This document shows, in pieces, positions 42,241 to 43,204 of a DNA stretch of 43,204 nucleotides. The stretch spans positions 1 to 43,204 of the forward strand of contig JAHFMT010000003.1 of the NCBI GenBank assembly GCA_023267735.1. The letters run 5' to 3'. The notes under the pieces were generated by a model that did no database searches, was not told the origin of the DNA, and saw nothing but the letters and a program-made list of their open reading frames with translations. The DNA comes from Candidatus Kaiserbacteria bacterium. Lineage in GTDB: Bacteria > Patescibacteriota > Minisyncoccia > Phycocordibacterales > Phycocordibacteraceae. Position 1 is the first letter of the stretch. Every line of letters begins with the position of its first letter. A program made the position numbers and the translations under genes.

Positions 42241-42275
42241 AGCAACGAACGTTCCCTAGGGGAAAGGAGGAGTCC

Positions 42276-42491
42276 ATGACTCACAGTAGACGGAGTGTCC
42301 TGGCTGCAGGCATTCTATCCTTCGTTGCTGGCACGTGGATAGGTGTCGCCGCGAGTGATGGTGTATGGAAGACGCGACAGTTCCAGGCGGCGATTGTCGC
42401 AGTTGGAATCATGCTCTTGATCTTCGGCATCGTATTCATCGCCCTCGCACTCCTGCCTCGCCGCCAGAAACAAGTGCCACGTCGCTGGTAG
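42276..42491 (+). CDS. Hypothetical two-TM small membrane protein (SD-led)
   Basis: 71 aa with a strong AGGAGG site, two hydrophobic helices and a basic C-terminus, RRQKQVPRRW. Confidence 0.65.
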   Translation: MTHSRRSVLAAGILSFVAGTWIGVAASDGVWKTRQFQAAIVAVGIMLLIFGIVFIALALLPRRQKQVPRRW

Positions 42492-42500
42492 CGAAAACGA

Positions 42501-42529
42501 AAGGGCCATCCGTCATGCGGATGGCCCTT
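42501..42529. terminator. Perfect 12-bp hairpin AAGGGCCATCCG-TCATG-CGGATGGCCCTT between convergent genes
   Basis: Read directly. It overlaps the last codons of the 42513-42878 gene. Confidence 0.75.
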
Positions 42530-42878
42530 GTTCTGTTGTAGTAGTGAGCACTTTCTTTTCGTTGAGGTACAACTTACGCTTCTCTGCCGCATGGCCAGCT
42601 ATGTATAGGATGCCCAAGACCCAGAGCAGGCGCGGCAGTCCTTCAGGCGTTATGATTGGCCCCAACACTGAAGCACAGAGGACGGTGATGCTTGAGCACC
42701 ACGCTGATACGTCCCAGTGCTGTTTCCGGCGGAACACCTCACCCACCGCAGCTGCCAAAGTTGCGGTGAAAAACACCATGGGCAAGATGTTCTCTGCAGA
42801 TGATGGGGTGATATACCCGCTCCCAAACCAGGTGACGCACGCCGCAGTGACGAGCGCGCAAAACCATTTCATGCTCAT
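42513..42878 (-). CDS. Hypothetical polytopic membrane protein (SD-led)
   Basis: 121 aa. AAGGAG lies 7 nt upstream of ATG 42878. There are about 4 hydrophobic helices. Confidence 0.65.
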   Translation of the reverse strand: MSMKWFCALVTAACVTWFGSGYITPSSAENILPMVFFTATLAAAVGEVFRRKQHWDVSAWCSSITVLCASVLGPIITPEGLPRLLWVLGILYIAGHAAEKRKLYLNEKKVLTTTTEQGPSA

Positions 42879-42995
42879 GACGCTCTCCTTTCGTGCGGTT
42901 CAGTATGTAGTGTGAGTTGGTCTTCAGACGCGTATAGGTACGCCATTCCATGCATGAAAATACACTCATTTTATGAAAAGTCAATAAAGCACAAA

Positions 42996-43020
42996 GCCGC
43001 CTTCCTAGGGCGGCCTGTTT
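42996..43020. terminator. Hairpin GCCGCC-TTCCTAG-GGCGGC with T-rich flanks on both strands
   Basis: Read directly. It may terminate an unseen or very small minus-strand gene entering from the window end. Confidence 0.5.
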
Positions 43021-43204
43021 GTGTGTCGTGATTACGGACACTTAATGGAAATGAGATTTCCTGTCTTTCGCAATAACCCCTGTCTGCTCATAAGCAGTAT
43101 TGGTTGGTTGAAGTGTACTCGCAGCTCCTTGCACTTGTACGGAACGTTCAGTGACATGCTCTTTTCAGAGCCGCGAAAGTTTTTCGCTTCTTTCGTTTTT
43201 GTAA

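Noticed and set aside
43032-43157. 41-aa minus-strand ORF (MSLNVPYKCKELRVHFNQPILLMSRQGLLRKTGNLISIKCP) followed by a terminator
   Set aside because: It is too short and lacks a convincing SD or -10 box. It is mentioned only as part of the terminal island.
1-43204. Search for CRISPR arrays, IS elements or transposases, integrases, rRNA, toxin-antitoxin pairs with recognisable domains, reverse transcriptase/DGR repeats
   Set aside because: I saw no regularly spaced direct repeats, and no DDE, serine or tyrosine recombinase, or RT motifs in any ORF translation. The only repeated elements found are the short hairpins and 9-11-mers reported above.

Overview
This is a 43.2-kb chromosomal segment of roughly 50% GC. 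It is very densely packed, with about 48 CDS, 4 tRNAs and one probable RNase P RNA. Gene content is almost entirely housekeeping:
- Cell division and envelope: ftsZ, ftsA, mraY, ftsW, murG, a DD-carboxypeptidase, an M23 peptidase, lepB.
- Replication and chromosome maintenance: gyrA, dnaE, holB-like, rnhB, smc, scpB.
- Translation and RNA processing: rpsA, rpsU, rpsP, rpmF, pth, thrS, gltX, trmD, ybeY, rnc, rnr, nusB.

Many proteins have reduced or unusual architectures. ThrRS lacks a TGS domain, the SMC is 735 aa with no hinge, NusB is fused to a Nudix domain, and there is a degenerate HisRS paralog. I infer a small-genome, Patescibacteria/CPR-like bacterium. This is inference only, because no rRNA is present in the window.

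The most interesting points, in order:
1. A tandem array of five paralogous small two-TM, pilin-like proteins (13137-15348) lies behind a membrane-anchored orphan solute-binding protein and next to a 4-tRNA cluster.
2. An 0.8-kb AT-rich, ORF-poor region (41085-41895) is bracketed by near-identical hairpins and sits inside a terminal island of small membrane-protein genes.
3. There are two classes of gene starts. Core genes have a -10 box 6-10 nt upstream of the start codon and no Shine-Dalgarno, so they look leaderless. A handful of interspersed GC3-rich small genes have 25-40 nt leaders and strong AAGGAG/GGAGG sites, so they look foreign.
4. Several domain-architecture oddities are listed as separate findings.

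I found no CRISPR array, transposase, integrase or rRNA. All calls come from reading the sequence and the ORF translations; no database search was possible. RNA ends and promoter calls are approximate.
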